A DNA stretch of 60,925 nucleotides from Akkermansia muciniphila (GTDB taxonomy: Bacteria; Verrucomicrobiota; Verrucomicrobiia; Limisphaerales; UBA9464): the NCBI GenBank assembly GCA_945860685.1, contig CAMASJ010000001.1:1-60925 (forward strand), given 5' to 3'. Shown here piece by piece: positions 1 through 10,652 of the stretch (its first letter is position 1; each line of letters starts with the position of its first letter). Both the position numbers and the translations under genes were made by a program. The notes beneath the pieces are model-generated. The model was not told where the DNA came from. It was given only the letters and a program-made list of their open reading frames with translations, and made no database searches.

Positions 1-883
1 TCTGCCACGGGTTCCGGAGGCCGATGGCATGGAATTCGGTCCGCAGTGTGGCCGGATCCAGGCCGGACCACAGGACCCGTTCGCCGAGCGAGTGGTCCGA
101 CCGTCCGACGAACGGATTGTCATTCGGCACGGAGTACGCCTCCGGGTTGCTGCCGAAGCCCGGGTTCGGCGGGAGGTTGCCGGGACGACGGTCCACGTCG
201 ATGCGGAGGATGCCCCCGAAAAAGCCGCGGTCGATCCGCTGGGTGACGCGATCGTCCCACACGGAACCGTCCCCGACGGCGAGGTACAGGTAGCCGTCTG
301 GCCCGAAGTTCAGTCCGCCACCGTTGTGGTTGAGACCAGGGTCCGCTTGGCTGAACAGGACGAGCTCGGAGTCCGGATCCGGCCTGCCGTCGCCGCCGGG
401 TGGCACCGTGAATCGGGAAAGCCGGTTCTCGCTGGCCTCGATACCCGCGACGCGGGTCTTGTAGGAGTAGTAGACGAAGATCTGTCCGTTGGTCTGGAAC
501 CGCGGATGGAAGGCCATCCCGAGGAATCCGGACTCCACCCCAATGAAAGTGCGTGAGGAGATGTCCAGGAATGGCCGAACAACATGGTTCGAGGGACTGC
601 CCAGATGGGTCACCTCCATGCAGAGCCCACCCATTCCCAGCAGGATCACCCGGTCGTCTTCTCCTGGAGGAACAGCCATCCCGATCGACCATGTGGGTCC
701 GATCCCAGGGAACGCCTCGACGAACCGCCAACCATTCCGACCCGGGTCCAGCGGAAGATGGCCGCCGTCCCACGCCTGGCGAGCCCCGGCGGTAAGTTCC
801 GCCGCAGCGACACCGCAGACCATCCTCAAGAGGAACGCGGCCCAAGCGAAGACACGGAAGGATCTTGAGATGGAGAACGACAC
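1..883 (-). CDS. PQQ-dependent (glucose/sorbosone-type) sugar dehydrogenase family protein, secreted; 3' end lies outside the window
   Basis: The minus frame is open from 883 to the left edge, so it has no stop in the window and is absent from the ORF track. Hand translation gives ...GMAFHPRFQTNGQIFVYYSY...ADPGLNHNGGGLNFGPDGYLYLAVGDG..., typical of soluble GSDH beta-propellers. A GTG at 883 precedes a signal-peptide-like SFSISRSFRVFAWAAFLLRMVCGVAAA. An alternative ATG lies at 823. Confidence 0.7.
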   Translation of the reverse strand, partial: MSFSISRSFRVFAWAAFLLRMVCGVAAAELTAGARQAWDGGHLPLDPGRNGWRFVEAFPGIGPTWSIGMAVPPGEDDRVILLGMGGLCMEVTHLGSPSNHVVRPFLDISSRTFIGVESGFLGMAFHPRFQTNGQIFVYYSYKTRVAGIEASENRLSRFTVPPGGDGRPDPDSELVLFSQADPGLNHNGGGLNFGPDGYLYLAVGDGSVWDDRVTQRIDRGFFGGILRIDVDRRPGNLPPNPGFGSNPEAYSVPNDNPFVGRSDHSLGERVLWSGLDPATLRTEFHAIGLRNPWQ

Positions 884-980
884 GTGCGGTGCAAGACGCA
901 AAACGGCGAGGATGGTTTCAGCGGGCTGGAAAACGACGGGACAAACCGGTGGTCGTCTCCAAGAGATCCATCCGAACGGG

Positions 981-1688
<708 letters not shown>

Positions 1689-1689
1689 C

Positions 1690-2472
1690 TCAGGACTCCT
1701 TCACGGGTTCCTCGCCGAGGTAGGCCGCGATGACCTTCGGATCGCCGCGGATCCCGGACGGGGTGCCTTCGGCGATCTTGCGGCCGTATTCGAGGACGTG
1801 GATGCGTTCGCAGATGCCCATGACGACCTTCATGTCGTGTTCGACCAGGAGGATCGCGAGGCCGAAGCGGTCGCGGATGAAGCGGATGAGCTTCATCAGC
1901 TCGTCTTTCTCCGTCGGATTCATCCCCGCCGCAGGCTCGTCCAACAGCAGCAGCTTCGGCCGCGTGGCGAGGGCACGGATGATCTCGAGGCGACGTTGGT
2001 CGCCGTAGGAAAGACTCTTCGCCGGTTCGTCCTGGACCCGTTCGAGCCGGAAAATCGAGAGGAGCTCGCGGGTGCGTTCGCGCAACTGGACCTCCTCCGC
2101 CTGGAACTTGGGACCGCGGGTCAACGAATGGACCGAGTCGTGGTCGAGATGGAGGTGGAAGGCGACACGGACGTTGTCGAACACCGTCAGGCTGGGGAAC
2201 AGGCGGATGTTCTGGAAGGTGCGAGCGATGCCGAGTTCGGTGATGCGGTAGGGCTTGAGCCCCGCGGTCGGCTGCCCGCCGAAGGAGATCGCGCCTTCGG
2301 TGGGCTGATACACGCCGGTGATCATGTTGAACACCGTGGTCTTGCCGGCACCGTTCGGTCCGATCAATCCGGCCAGTTCCCCTTCCCGGACGTCGGCGTC
2401 CACGGAGGACACCGCGGTCAGGCCGCCGAAGCGGATCGTCACACCGGAGAGTTCGAGGAGGGGATCGCTCAC
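1690..2472 (-). CDS. livG: Branched-chain amino acid ABC transporter ATP-binding protein LivG
   Basis: C-terminal 260 aa of track ORF 1690..3141. A GTG start at 2472 ([21 protein letters not shown]...) overlaps the livM stop (GTGA). Walker [10 protein letters not shown], signature LSYGDQRRL, Walker [11 protein letters not shown]. The upstream 220 aa of the track ORF are Arg-rich out-of-frame livM sequence. Confidence 0.9.
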   Translation of the reverse strand: MSDPLLELSGVTIRFGGLTAVSSVDADVREGELAGLIGPNGAGKTTVFNMITGVYQPTEGAISFGGQPTAGLKPYRITELGIARTFQNIRLFPSLTVFDNVRVAFHLHLDHDSVHSLTRGPKFQAEEVQLRERTRELLSIFRLERVQDEPAKSLSYGDQRRLEIIRALATRPKLLLLDEPAAGMNPTEKDELMKLIRFIRDRFGLAILLVEHDMKVVMGICERIHVLEYGRKIAEGTPSGIRGDPKVIAAYLGEEPVKES

Positions 2473-3416
2473 GGGCGCCCCTCCTTCTTCGACCACAGGG
2501 GCCAGACGAACAGTCCCTGGGGGCGGGTCAACATCAGCACGATCAGCAGGACCGAGTAGACGATCATCCGGAACGCCCCCGTCTGGCGGAGGCTTTCGGT
2601 CAGCACGGTCAGGAGGAGCGCGGCGACGACCACGCCGGAGTGGCGGCCCATGCCTCCGAGGATGACCATGACCACGATCTCGATGCTCTTGTCGAAGGAG
2701 AACCCGCCCGGGTTGAGGTAGCCCTTCAGGTGGGCGTAGAGGCCGCCGGCGACACCGGCGAAGAAGGCGCCGACGACGAAGGCCGTGATCTTGTATCCGG
2801 TGGTGTTCAGCCCCATCGCCTCCGCCGCCACCTCGTCGTCCGCCACCGCGAGGAAGCCCCGGCCGTAGGTCGAGTTGAGGAGCGCCCAGACGACATAGAC
2901 GGTCACGGCGGCGGATCCGAAGACCCAGAAGAAGTTGGTGTGGCTCGGGATCCCGGTGAGCCCGCGGGAGGCCCCCACGGCGTCCACGTTCTGGAGAACC
3001 ACCTTGATGATCTCGCCGAAGCCGAGGGTGACGATGGCGAGGTAGTCGCCCTTGAGCCGGAGGGAAGGCGCCCCGACGGCGACGCCCGCGAGCGCGGCGA
3101 GCAGTCCGCCGGCGACGAGGGAAAGCGGGAAGAAGACCCACTGGAGCAGGTTCGCGGAAAGGCCGAGGCGGGGAGCCAGGGTCGTGGTCAGCATCGCGGA
3201 AGCGTAGGCGCCGACGGCCATGAACCCGGCGTGGCCGAGGGAGAACTGGCCGGTGAATCCGTTGATGAGGTTGAGGCTGGAGGCGAGGACGACGCTGATG
3301 CCGGCCCCGAGCGCGACATCGAGGAAGTAGGGGTTCAACCGGCCGGAGACGGCCGAAAGCAGCGCGGAAGCGGCCAGGACGGCGAGCAGGATTCTCTGGG
3401 ATCTCGGCGGGAACAT
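2469..3416 (-). CDS. livM: Branched-chain amino acid ABC transporter permease LivM
   Basis: 315-aa polytopic membrane protein containing ...[28 protein letters not shown]..., the characteristic LivM core. It sits between livH and livG. Confidence 0.9.
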   Translation of the reverse strand: MFPPRSQRILLAVLAASALLSAVSGRLNPYFLDVALGAGISVVLASSLNLINGFTGQFSLGHAGFMAVGAYASAMLTTTLAPRLGLSANLLQWVFFPLSLVAGGLLAALAGVAVGAPSLRLKGDYLAIVTLGFGEIIKVVLQNVDAVGASRGLTGIPSHTNFFWVFGSAAVTVYVVWALLNSTYGRGFLAVADDEVAAEAMGLNTTGYKITAFVVGAFFAGVAGGLYAHLKGYLNPGGFSFDKSIEIVVMVILGGMGRHSGVVVAALLLTVLTESLRQTGAFRMIVYSVLLIVLMLTRPQGLFVWPLWSKKEGRP

Positions 3417-3421
3417 GGGCG

Positions 3422-4327
3422 TCAGACCTTCTCCACCTTCAGTTTCCCGAGCAGCCCGGCCGGCCGGAAGAGGAGGATGGCGATGAGGATGGCGAACGCG
3501 ATGGCGTCGCGGAAGGTGGAGAGGCGGGTGCCCGAGACGAAGGTCTCGACGAGGCCGATGAGCAGTCCGCCGAGGGCCGCGCCGGGGAGGTTGCCGATGC
3601 CGCCGAGGACCGCGGCGACGAAGGCCTTGAGCCCGGGGAGGGTTCCCATGAGCGGATCGATGCTGGGGTAGAGGGTGGCGTAAAGGACCCCCCCGGCGCC
3701 GGCGAGCGCGGAGCCCAGTGCGAAGGTGAACGAGATGATCCGGTCGTTGTTGATGCCCACCAGCGACGCCGCCGTGGCGTTGAAGGAAAGGGCGCGCATC
3801 GCGGTGCCGGTCCTAGTGCGGTGGACGATCCAGTGCAGGACCGCGAGGAGGACGACGGTGACGGCGAGGACGACGATCTGGTTGGTGGAGACGGTGAGGC
3901 CACCCAGGTGGATCTGGCGGGCGGGGAAGAGCTCGGGATAGGCGCGCGGATTGGGGCCAAAACCGATGGTGGGATTCTGCGAGACGTTCTGGATGAGCAG
4001 CGAGACGCCGATGGCGGTGATCAGGACGGTGAGGGTGGAACGGTTCCGCAGGGGCTTGTAGGCCAGCTTCTCGATCACCACCCCGAGGATGGCGCAGACG
4101 ACCATGGCCAGGGCCAGCGCCGCAAGGCCGCCACCGAAGGATCGGGTCGGCAAGTGGAGTCGTTCGACCGTGGCCCAGCCGACGAAGGCGCCGAGCATGA
4201 ACACGTCGCTGTGGGCGAAATTGATGAAGCGAAGGACCCCGTAGACCATGGTGTACCCCAGCGCGATCAGCGCGTAGATCGCACCCAGCGAGACGCCGTT
4301 GAGCACCTGTTGGAGGAATTCGGTCAT
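3422..4327 (-). CDS. livH: Branched-chain amino acid ABC transporter permease LivH
   Basis: ATG at 4327 gives MTEFLQQVLNGVSLGAIYALIALGYTMVYGVLRFINFAHSD..., a canonical LivH N-terminus. The track ORF adds 19 unlikely residues upstream. Confidence 0.88.
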   Translation of the reverse strand: MTEFLQQVLNGVSLGAIYALIALGYTMVYGVLRFINFAHSDVFMLGAFVGWATVERLHLPTRSFGGGLAALALAMVVCAILGVVIEKLAYKPLRNRSTLTVLITAIGVSLLIQNVSQNPTIGFGPNPRAYPELFPARQIHLGGLTVSTNQIVVLAVTVVLLAVLHWIVHRTRTGTAMRALSFNATAASLVGINNDRIISFTFALGSALAGAGGVLYATLYPSIDPLMGTLPGLKAFVAAVLGGIGNLPGAALGGLLIGLVETFVSGTRLSTFRDAIAFAILIAILLFRPAGLLGKLKVEKV

Positions 4328-4430
4328 GTCTTGGCGGGCCGGAACCGCGCCGGCCGGGAAAAGGAAACGCGTCCGGCAACCCAAAGTCGAGCGTCACGGC
4401 GGCGTGACACGCAGACGTCGAAACCAGGCT

Positions 4431-5618
4431 TCAGGACGAAGCGCGTCCAGGGTCGCCTGGATCGACCACGCGGAGGAACCGGAACGCCCCATCGCGGACG
4501 CCGATGATGACGGCCGGCTTCCGGGCATTGCGTCCGGAGTCCATGGAGATCCGGCCGGTGATTCCCTGGAATTCCCGGGTCGAGGCGAGGGCGGCACGGA
4601 TCGCCGGAGGTTCCGCTGACCCAGCACGACGGAGGGCATCGGCGATGAGCTGGAGGGTGTCGAAGGCCAAGGCCGACACGCCGGTGGGAGGCTTTCCGAA
4701 GCGGCGGCGGAACCGGTCCAGGAATCCGGCGACGAGCGGATCGGTGTTCTCGGGGGAGAAGTGCACCGGAAAGTAGGATCCTTCCGCCGTCCGGCCCGCG
4801 ACCTCGAGCAGTTCCGGCGCCTCCCAGCCGTCGCTGCCCAGCATCGGACCGTCGAACCCGAGGTCCCTGGCCTGCCTCAGGATCAGCCCGCCGGAGTGGT
4901 AGTAGGACGGGGCGAAGACCGCCTCGATCCCGGCGGACTTCAGGGCGGTCAACTGGGCACGGAAATCCTTGTCGCCTCCGCTGAACCTCTGTTCGGAGAC
5001 GACTGTTCCGCCCTCGGCAGCGAACCGCTCGCGGAAGACCGACGCCAGTCCGAGGCTGTAGGGCGCCGAGGCGTCGACGAGCAGGCCCACCTTGGAAAGG
5101 TGCAGGGTTTCCCTTGCGAACCGCGCCATGACGGCTCCTTGGAACGGGTCGGTGAAGCAGACGCGGAAGATGCAGTCGCCGATCTCGGTGACCTTGGGAT
5201 TGGTCGCGGCCGGGGAGACCATCGGAACACCGGCGGCCTGGCAGAGCGGTCCGGCCTCGAGGCAACGCCCCGAGTTGCCGTCGCCAATCACGGCGACGAC
5301 CTGGTCGCGGGACAGCAGCTTCTTCACCGCGGTCGCGGATTCCCCAGCCATCGTCCGGTTGTCTTCCCGGACCATCTCCAACCGACGGCCGAGGACCCCA
5401 CCCGCCGCGTTGACCTCCTCCAGCGCGAGGGTCGCCCCCATGTCGGTGTACTGGCCAAGGCCGGCCTCGCTGCCCGAGAGCGCCCCGAAGAGACCGAGGC
5501 GAATCGCCTGGGCACCGGTGTCGCCGTCCTTCTCGCGGCAACCGGCCAGCACGGCGGAGCAGGCGGCGAGAGTCAGGAAACTGCGGCGAGAGCGCGGTCC
5601 GGAAACGGAGCGGTTCAT
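4431..5618 (-). CDS. ABC transporter substrate-binding lipoprotein, Leu/Ile/Val-binding (LivK-like) family
   Basis: ATG at 5618 (MNRSVSGPRSRRSFLTLAACSAVLAGC..., lipobox LAGC). The mature part, IRLGLFGALSGSEAGLGQYTDMGATLALEEVNAAGGVLGRRLEMVREDN, matches the type-I periplasmic binding fold of LivJ/K. The start overlaps the stop of the upstream gene (ATGA at 5615-5618). Confidence 0.85.
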   Translation of the reverse strand: MNRSVSGPRSRRSFLTLAACSAVLAGCREKDGDTGAQAIRLGLFGALSGSEAGLGQYTDMGATLALEEVNAAGGVLGRRLEMVREDNRTMAGESATAVKKLLSRDQVVAVIGDGNSGRCLEAGPLCQAAGVPMVSPAATNPKVTEIGDCIFRVCFTDPFQGAVMARFARETLHLSKVGLLVDASAPYSLGLASVFRERFAAEGGTVVSEQRFSGGDKDFRAQLTALKSAGIEAVFAPSYYHSGGLILRQARDLGFDGPMLGSDGWEAPELLEVAGRTAEGSYFPVHFSPENTDPLVAGFLDRFRRRFGKPPTGVSALAFDTLQLIADALRRAGSAEPPAIRAALASTREFQGITGRISMDSGRNARKPAVIIGVRDGAFRFLRVVDPGDPGRASS

Positions 5619-8600
5619 GGTGCCAGGCTGGGGGTCAGGGGGGACAGGGGAGCGGGAGCCGCTTCCTGGGCCGTCGCAATGGCGCGCCTCACAAGCATGT
5701 TGAGGTATTCGTCGCCGATGGAGAGATCCGGCGTGAGGAATCCCAGCCGGCCGAAGGCCGCCGCCATCTCCAAGGCCGCCTGCACCCGGCCGGCCCGGAG
5801 TTCCGCGTCCACCAGACGGGACATCATCCGGGTGAGGACCCCGGCGTCCTTCTTGAAGTTGATCGGTCCATAGCGCTTTTCGTCGGAGTTCATCGCCTCC
5901 TCGAAGAGCTTCCGCGCGCGGGCATCCTGCCCGCGATCCCAGCAAACCTCGGCCAGGCGGGCCCGGTGCATCCGCTGGTTGTCGGGATCGACTTCCGTGA
6001 GCACCCCGAGGATCTGTTCGAGCCGCTCGGAAGCGGGAACATGGAAGGCCGACCTCCGCACCCGGTGCCTCAGCAACAGCATGTCGGCGTAACTCCGCAG
6101 CAACGCCAGGTCCGTCAACCGCTCGTCGTTGCGGAACAGGGGATCGCCGGCCGTCCGCGCCGCGTCGCCGTCGGGGGCCGGATTGCGGATCGAGTAGGAG
6201 CTCAGGAGCCGAAGCGGCGCGGCATCCTCCGGGGCCAGCGTCTTCCAACGGTCCAGGATCGAACGCAGGTAGGGCAGCTCGGGGATGCCCATCTTGGAGA
6301 ACTGCAACGCCAACGCCCGGCAGTCGTTGGTCGAAAGCGGGTTCCGCTGGAGGTGCTCCCCGAGAAGCGTGCGGGGACGCGGATTCTGCAACTCGTTGAC
6401 CCGGTCCGGAAGCCCGGCGCTGCCCCGGACGAAGAACGCCTTCTGGGCTCGATACTCGAGGATGGGGAGGAAATCGCTGTGGATCCGCGTCTCGCCGCGG
6501 ACGAGGTGGAAGGCGTCCCCGAGGCCGGTGACCTGAAGGGTGAGGATGTTGACCAGGCGGGTCACCTCGATCTGCTCCAGGTCGGCGGCGACCGCGGGTT
6601 CCGCGAGGCGTCGGGCCATCGCATCCAGGTCGACCTTGTACGGCTCCACCGACCCCACCAGAAGCAGGTCACCCACCGAGGTGTGCCAAAGGCTGAGGTA
6701 GGGAAACACCGACCCGAACGTGGCGACGACGGTCTCGAAGGTGGCGTCGTCGGTCTCGTAGGTCTGCACCCACTGGGCTGCGATGCCTCCAGGCGCAAGG
6801 CGTTCCCTGCAGTCCTCGTAGTACTCGCGGCTGAACACCGCGGCCACACCGGCCATCCAGGGATTGGAGGGCTCGGTCACGATCACGTCGTACCGGTGAG
6901 GGGTGGTCTTGAGAAAGGTCTTGGCGTCCTCGATGACCGTCCGGCACCGGGGGTTGCGGAGCGCGTCGTGGTTGAGCTTGTCGAAATGGTCCCGGGCGGC
7001 GTCGCGGACCTCAGGGGAGATCTCCACGAGGTCGACGTTGGTGACCGTGGGATGCTGCAGCAGGGAGCCGACTGTGACACCCGAGCCGGCGCCGACCACC
7101 AGGGCGTTGACCGCGTTGGGGTGGAGCAGCATCGGGATGTGGCCCGCCAGGAGCTGGGTGCTCATGTCGTCGCCGGAGCTGGCGTCGGACTTCCCGTTCA
7201 CCCGCAGGCTGAGCTCCCGTGTGCCGTTGTCCGGATCGTCCACCCCGATGACCGCCACCGTGGAGCCGGCGCCGTCCTTGAAGTACGGCAAGGCGAACAT
7301 CTTGGTCCGTGAACGGTACTCCTCGACGGTCGCGGGCGGGCGCGGATCGCGCCAAAGACCGAGCAGGAATCCCCGAGTCCAACGCGGATCGAGGAAAACC
7401 GAGGCGACGAAGGTCAGGAGCACGGTGCCGGCGACACCCGCGCCGAGGAACTTCGTCATCGCACCACGGCGCGCGCCGAGGACCGCGAGGCCGACGAGGA
7501 TGTTGAGGCCAACTCCGAACGCGAACGTCGTGGCCAGCCCGAGGCTGGGAAGCAGCCAGAGTCCGGTCAACGCGGCGCCGAGTACGGTTCCCAGCGTGTT
7601 CACCGCGAAGACCCGTCCGACCGAACGCCCGGTTCTGGAGATCTCGGCCGTGGCCACCCGAGACACCAGCGGCAGCGTCATCCCGAGGCAGACAGCCGGA
7701 CCGAACATGACGAGGAAGCACAGCACGCCTTGGAAGACCTCATAGAGCGGATAGGCTTCCGGGCGCCGCGCGAGGAGGCCGGCGAGCTGGGAGAACCAGA
7801 ACGGGAGCAGGTCGTAGAACCACATCGAGACGAACAACGTGCCCGCGAGGGCCAACTCCGCGACGGCGAAGGCGGTGAGGGTGTTCCACCGGCGCTTCCA
7901 TCCGCTGATCAGCCAACTGCCCACGGCGATGCCGCTGATGAAGGTAGCCAGCATCAGGGAGTAGGCGTGCGTGCTGGAGCCGAGGGCCAGACCGAGAAGC
8001 CGCGTCCAGGCGATCTCGTACAGCATCGCGACGAAGCCGGACACTCCCGCCGAGACCAGGGCGACCTTCAGCTCAAGCGGGGAGAACGTCTCGTCATCCG
8101 ACGGATGGGACACAGCCCCGGACTGCTGGTGGAGATCATCGGTCCGGGCGCTCACCACGTAGGTCACGAGCGCGATCGAGAGGCTCATTGCGGCCCCGAG
8201 ATAGACCACCGTCTCGAGGCCCAGTGTCGGGATCCACCACCAGTCGGAGAGCACGACGCCGACGACAGCGCCGGTGCTGTTGATGGCGTAGAGCGCGGCC
8301 ACCTTTCCGCGGAGCTCGCCGAGCGAGCGGGTGACATAGCGGGTAAGCGCCGGCAGCGTCGCCCCCATCAGCACGGTGGGGAAGAGGATGGTGACGCCGG
8401 CGAAGAGGAACTGGAGCGCAAGCCGCGAACCGCCTTCGGGATGAACCGACCGGACCACGCCGAGGAACAGGTCGTGGATCCACTCGTAGTACCTGGGGAA
8501 GAGCACCGCATAGAAACCGATGCCCGCCTCCAGGCCGGCGTAGAAGAACAGCGGCCGGCGAAGGCGGTCGACCTTGGCGCCGAGCCATGCGTTGCCAAGG

Positions 8601-8770
8601 GCCAAGCCACCCATGAACGCGGCGAGCACGGCGACCACGGCGTAGCTCGTGTGGCCGAGGAACAGCGCAAGATAGCGGGTCCATACGACCTGGTAGAGCA
8701 GGCCGGCCACGCCGGACACGAAGAAGGTCGCGAGGATGAGCAGGTAGGCCCCGCGTGGATTGGACTTCAT
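5615..8770 (-). CDS. Fused polytopic membrane domain / spermidine-synthase-like (class I SAM-fold aminopropyltransferase-like) domain / C-terminal TPR-like repeats, 1051 aa
   Basis: The N-terminal ~480 aa are hydrophobic helices (YLLILATFFVSGVAGLLYQVVWTRYLALFLGHTSYAV... and a second similar half, FVAMLYEIAWTRLLGLALGSSTHAY). The middle has ALVVGAGSGVTVGSLLQHPTVTNVDLVEISPEV...YDVIVTEPSNPWMAGVAAVFSREYY, the spermidine synthase-type fold. The C-terminal ~250 aa are helical-repeat-like. Confidence 0.8.
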   Translation of the reverse strand: MKSNPRGAYLLILATFFVSGVAGLLYQVVWTRYLALFLGHTSYAVVAVLAAFMGGLALGNAWLGAKVDRLRRPLFFYAGLEAGIGFYAVLFPRYYEWIHDLFLGVVRSVHPEGGSRLALQFLFAGVTILFPTVLMGATLPALTRYVTRSLGELRGKVAALYAINSTGAVVGVVLSDWWWIPTLGLETVVYLGAAMSLSIALVTYVVSARTDDLHQQSGAVSHPSDDETFSPLELKVALVSAGVSGFVAMLYEIAWTRLLGLALGSSTHAYSLMLATFISGIAVGSWLISGWKRRWNTLTAFAVAELALAGTLFVSMWFYDLLPFWFSQLAGLLARRPEAYPLYEVFQGVLCFLVMFGPAVCLGMTLPLVSRVATAEISRTGRSVGRVFAVNTLGTVLGAALTGLWLLPSLGLATTFAFGVGLNILVGLAVLGARRGAMTKFLGAGVAGTVLLTFVASVFLDPRWTRGFLLGLWRDPRPPATVEEYRSRTKMFALPYFKDGAGSTVAVIGVDDPDNGTRELSLRVNGKSDASSGDDMSTQLLAGHIPMLLHPNAVNALVVGAGSGVTVGSLLQHPTVTNVDLVEISPEVRDAARDHFDKLNHDALRNPRCRTVIEDAKTFLKTTPHRYDVIVTEPSNPWMAGVAAVFSREYYEDCRERLAPGGIAAQWVQTYETDDATFETVVATFGSVFPYLSLWHTSVGDLLLVGSVEPYKVDLDAMARRLAEPAVAADLEQIEVTRLVNILTLQVTGLGDAFHLVRGETRIHSDFLPILEYRAQKAFFVRGSAGLPDRVNELQNPRPRTLLGEHLQRNPLSTNDCRALALQFSKMGIPELPYLRSILDRWKTLAPEDAAPLRLLSSYSIRNPAPDGDAARTAGDPLFRNDERLTDLALLRSYADMLLLRHRVRRSAFHVPASERLEQILGVLTEVDPDNQRMHRARLAEVCWDRGQDARARKLFEEAMNSDEKRYGPINFKKDAGVLTRMMSRLVDAELRAGRVQAALEMAAAFGRLGFLTPDLSIGDEYLNMLVRRAIATAQEAAPAPLSPLTPSLAP

Positions 8771-8783
8771 GGAAGGCGGGAGA

Positions 8784-9335
8784 CTAAGGATTGGAGACGG
8801 CAGCGGGAAGCCGAGGAATCAGGCCACGATCGAACCGGCTCCAGATCCTGCGGAAGGCGCTGGAGAAGTCGTCCGGACGGCGGGCAATCCAGTCGTCGAC
8901 GGCCGGCGCGGTGAACCAACCACCGCCACGGACCTCGGATGCCTGGAGGACGAACGGTCCCTCGTGTCGGGCCAGGTAGACCCTGCAGAATTCCCAGGCG
9001 GTCTCGTCGCCGGCATCGAGTCTGAAGAGCTCGATGGGCGCCTCTTCCAATTCCACGCCAAGCTCCTCAGCGACCTCACGGAACACCGTCGGCGCGTAGT
9101 CGTCGCCGGCGCTGACGTGTCCCGCCGACGAGGAATCCCAGGCGCCGGGGAAGTCGTCCTTCGCCAGCGAACGTTGCTGGAGGAACAGCTCACCACGACG
9201 GTTGAAGACGAGCACATGGACGGCGCGGTGGCGCCAGCGACGCCGATGGACCTCGCTGCGCGGGGCGCTCGAGACCACGCGATCCTCCGCGTCCACGACG
9301 TCGAACCATTCCTCGGGATCTCCCTGTGTCTTCAT
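8784..9335 (-). CDS. NUDIX hydrolase
   Basis: ATG at 9335 (MKTQGDPEEWFDVVDAEDRVV...). NUDIX box GHVSAGDDYAPTVFREVAEELGV. The start overlaps the stop of the upstream CPBP gene (ATGA at 9332-9335). The longer track ORF 8784..9791 is an out-of-frame extension. Confidence 0.85.
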   Translation of the reverse strand: MKTQGDPEEWFDVVDAEDRVVSSAPRSEVHRRRWRHRAVHVLVFNRRGELFLQQRSLAKDDFPGAWDSSSAGHVSAGDDYAPTVFREVAEELGVELEEAPIELFRLDAGDETAWEFCRVYLARHEGPFVLQASEVRGGGWFTAPAVDDWIARRPDDFSSAFRRIWSRFDRGLIPRLPAAVSNP

Positions 9336-10198
9336 TCCGGATGTCTGAGGTCCCATTCCAGCCCGATGCAGCTGAGGAGGTTGTTGAACACGTGGAGGAG
9401 GATCAGCGGCCAAACCGAGCCGGTCGCGTGACGGACCGCGCCGAGGACGAGTCCGAAGACGAAGATCACCGACATCTCCCGCCACGAGTACTGGAGATGG
9501 ATGGAGGCCCAGAGGAGGCTGGTGATCACGGTGGCCGTCACGGCGCCGCCGCGAGCGAGGGAAATTCCCTCGAAGACGAACCCGCGGAAAACCCACTCCT
9601 CGGTGAGGGGTGCCAGGAGGACCACGGTGATCCACAGCGCGACCTTGGAATCGGAATCTCGGAAGAGATCCAGCATCGTCGAGTTGTTCTCGGTGATCAG
9701 GAACGATGAGACGGCGCAGATCACGCCGACGCCGCAGGCGCCGAGGAGGAGCGGCTTCCAACCGAACTGCCGGTAGCCCAAGTAGCCCCATGTGTCACCG
9801 GTCCGTGCCAGCCACGCGAGCCAGAAGGTCGCAGGGAAGACGAGGGCAAGGGCGACGATCTGGGACGGGAACAGCACGCCCGCACCGAAATTGAAGTCCG
9901 GGCTGGAGCTTCCCCCTTGAAGGCCCGCCGACACGGCCTTGGCGAAGATCCCGACCAACACCCCTCCAACCTGGGCGCAGGTATGGAGCCCGGTCAGGGC
10001 GAGCAGCCATCCAAGGGAGGCCCAGAAACCCCATGGAGGGGAATTGGAAGCCGTGGTTCTGGAAATGGCGACGCCGGGGATTGATGTCACGACCGGGAGG
10101 AAGCCTGCCGCCTCCGTGCTGCCCGTCAACTGGACAGCCGGTCGGGTTTCGCCGCGGAACTTGACGCGGGCTCCCCACCCCGGACATTCGGACGACAT
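9332..10198 (-). CDS. CPBP family (CAAX-protease-like) intramembrane glutamic endopeptidase
   Basis: CPBP motifs LAPLTEEWVFRGF (EExxxR), LLWASIHL (FxxxH-like) and ILLHVFNNLL (HxxxN), with several TM helices. The start is uncertain: TTG 10210, ATG 10198, or an internal GTG at 10090 just before the first TM helix. Confidence 0.75.
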   Translation of the reverse strand: MSSECPGWGARVKFRGETRPAVQLTGSTEAAGFLPVVTSIPGVAISRTTASNSPPWGFWASLGWLLALTGLHTCAQVGGVLVGIFAKAVSAGLQGGSSSPDFNFGAGVLFPSQIVALALVFPATFWLAWLARTGDTWGYLGYRQFGWKPLLLGACGVGVICAVSSFLITENNSTMLDLFRDSDSKVALWITVVLLAPLTEEWVFRGFVFEGISLARGGAVTATVITSLLWASIHLQYSWREMSVIFVFGLVLGAVRHATGSVWPLILLHVFNNLLSCIGLEWDLRHPE

Positions 10199-10607
10199 GG
10201 CGGCACCCAAGCCCAGGAAACTCGGAAGGAAGGAAACCCGCGACCTCGACGTCGAGATCGGTTTCCTGGAAGGACTTGTCGCGCGCGATCCGGGCTACAT
10301 CGAGGCGCTGCAGTTGCTTGGGGACGACTACACGCGGCGGGGCCGCGTGGAGGACGGGCTGCGCGTGGACCAGCGGCTGAAGGGACTCCGCCCCGAGGAT
10401 CCCGACGTCCACTTCAATCTCGCGTGCAGCCTCGCACTGGCCCGTGACTTCGAGGCGGCCGCCGACGCGCTCTGCATGGCCATCGAACTGGGTTACCGGG
10501 ATTTCCGCTGGCTTCGCCGTGATCCCGATCTGGCCTCATTCCGGCGCCACAAGGCCTACCAGCGGGTGAGGCTGCGTATGAATTCGCTCGAGAAGCTCGC
10601 GAGCTGA
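10197..10607 (+). CDS. Small TPR-repeat protein
   Basis: ATG at 10197 gives MAAPKPRKLGRKETRDLDVEIGFLEGLVARDPGYIEALQLLGDDYTRRGRVEDGL...HFNLACSLALARDFEAAADALCMAIELGY, which contains TPR-like helical hairpins. GC3-rich codons. The upstream part of track ORF 9939..10607 is antisense to the CPBP gene. Confidence 0.6.
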   Translation: MAAPKPRKLGRKETRDLDVEIGFLEGLVARDPGYIEALQLLGDDYTRRGRVEDGLRVDQRLKGLRPEDPDVHFNLACSLALARDFEAAADALCMAIELGYRDFRWLRRDPDLASFRRHKAYQRVRLRMNSLEKLAS

Positions 10608-10652
10608 GACGGCAGGCTCAAGGCGGGCCGGAGGGCATCCGATGTTTCGGGT

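Noticed and set aside
1690-3141. N-terminal extensions of several track ORFs (also 3422..4384, 4431..6248, 8784..9791, 21478..23541, 27256..29370, 37229..38044, 53265..54218, 55688..57043)
   Set aside because: In each case the family-typical N-terminus begins at an internal ATG or GTG that abuts or overlaps the upstream gene's stop. The extension runs through the neighbouring gene in another frame.
10196-10199. Head-to-head overlap of the CPBP (ATG 10198, minus) and TPR (ATG 10197, plus) start codons within CATG
   Set aside because: This is more likely a start-codon assignment problem than biology. The CPBP protein's first TM helix begins ~50 codons downstream, and an internal GTG (10090) is a plausible alternative start.
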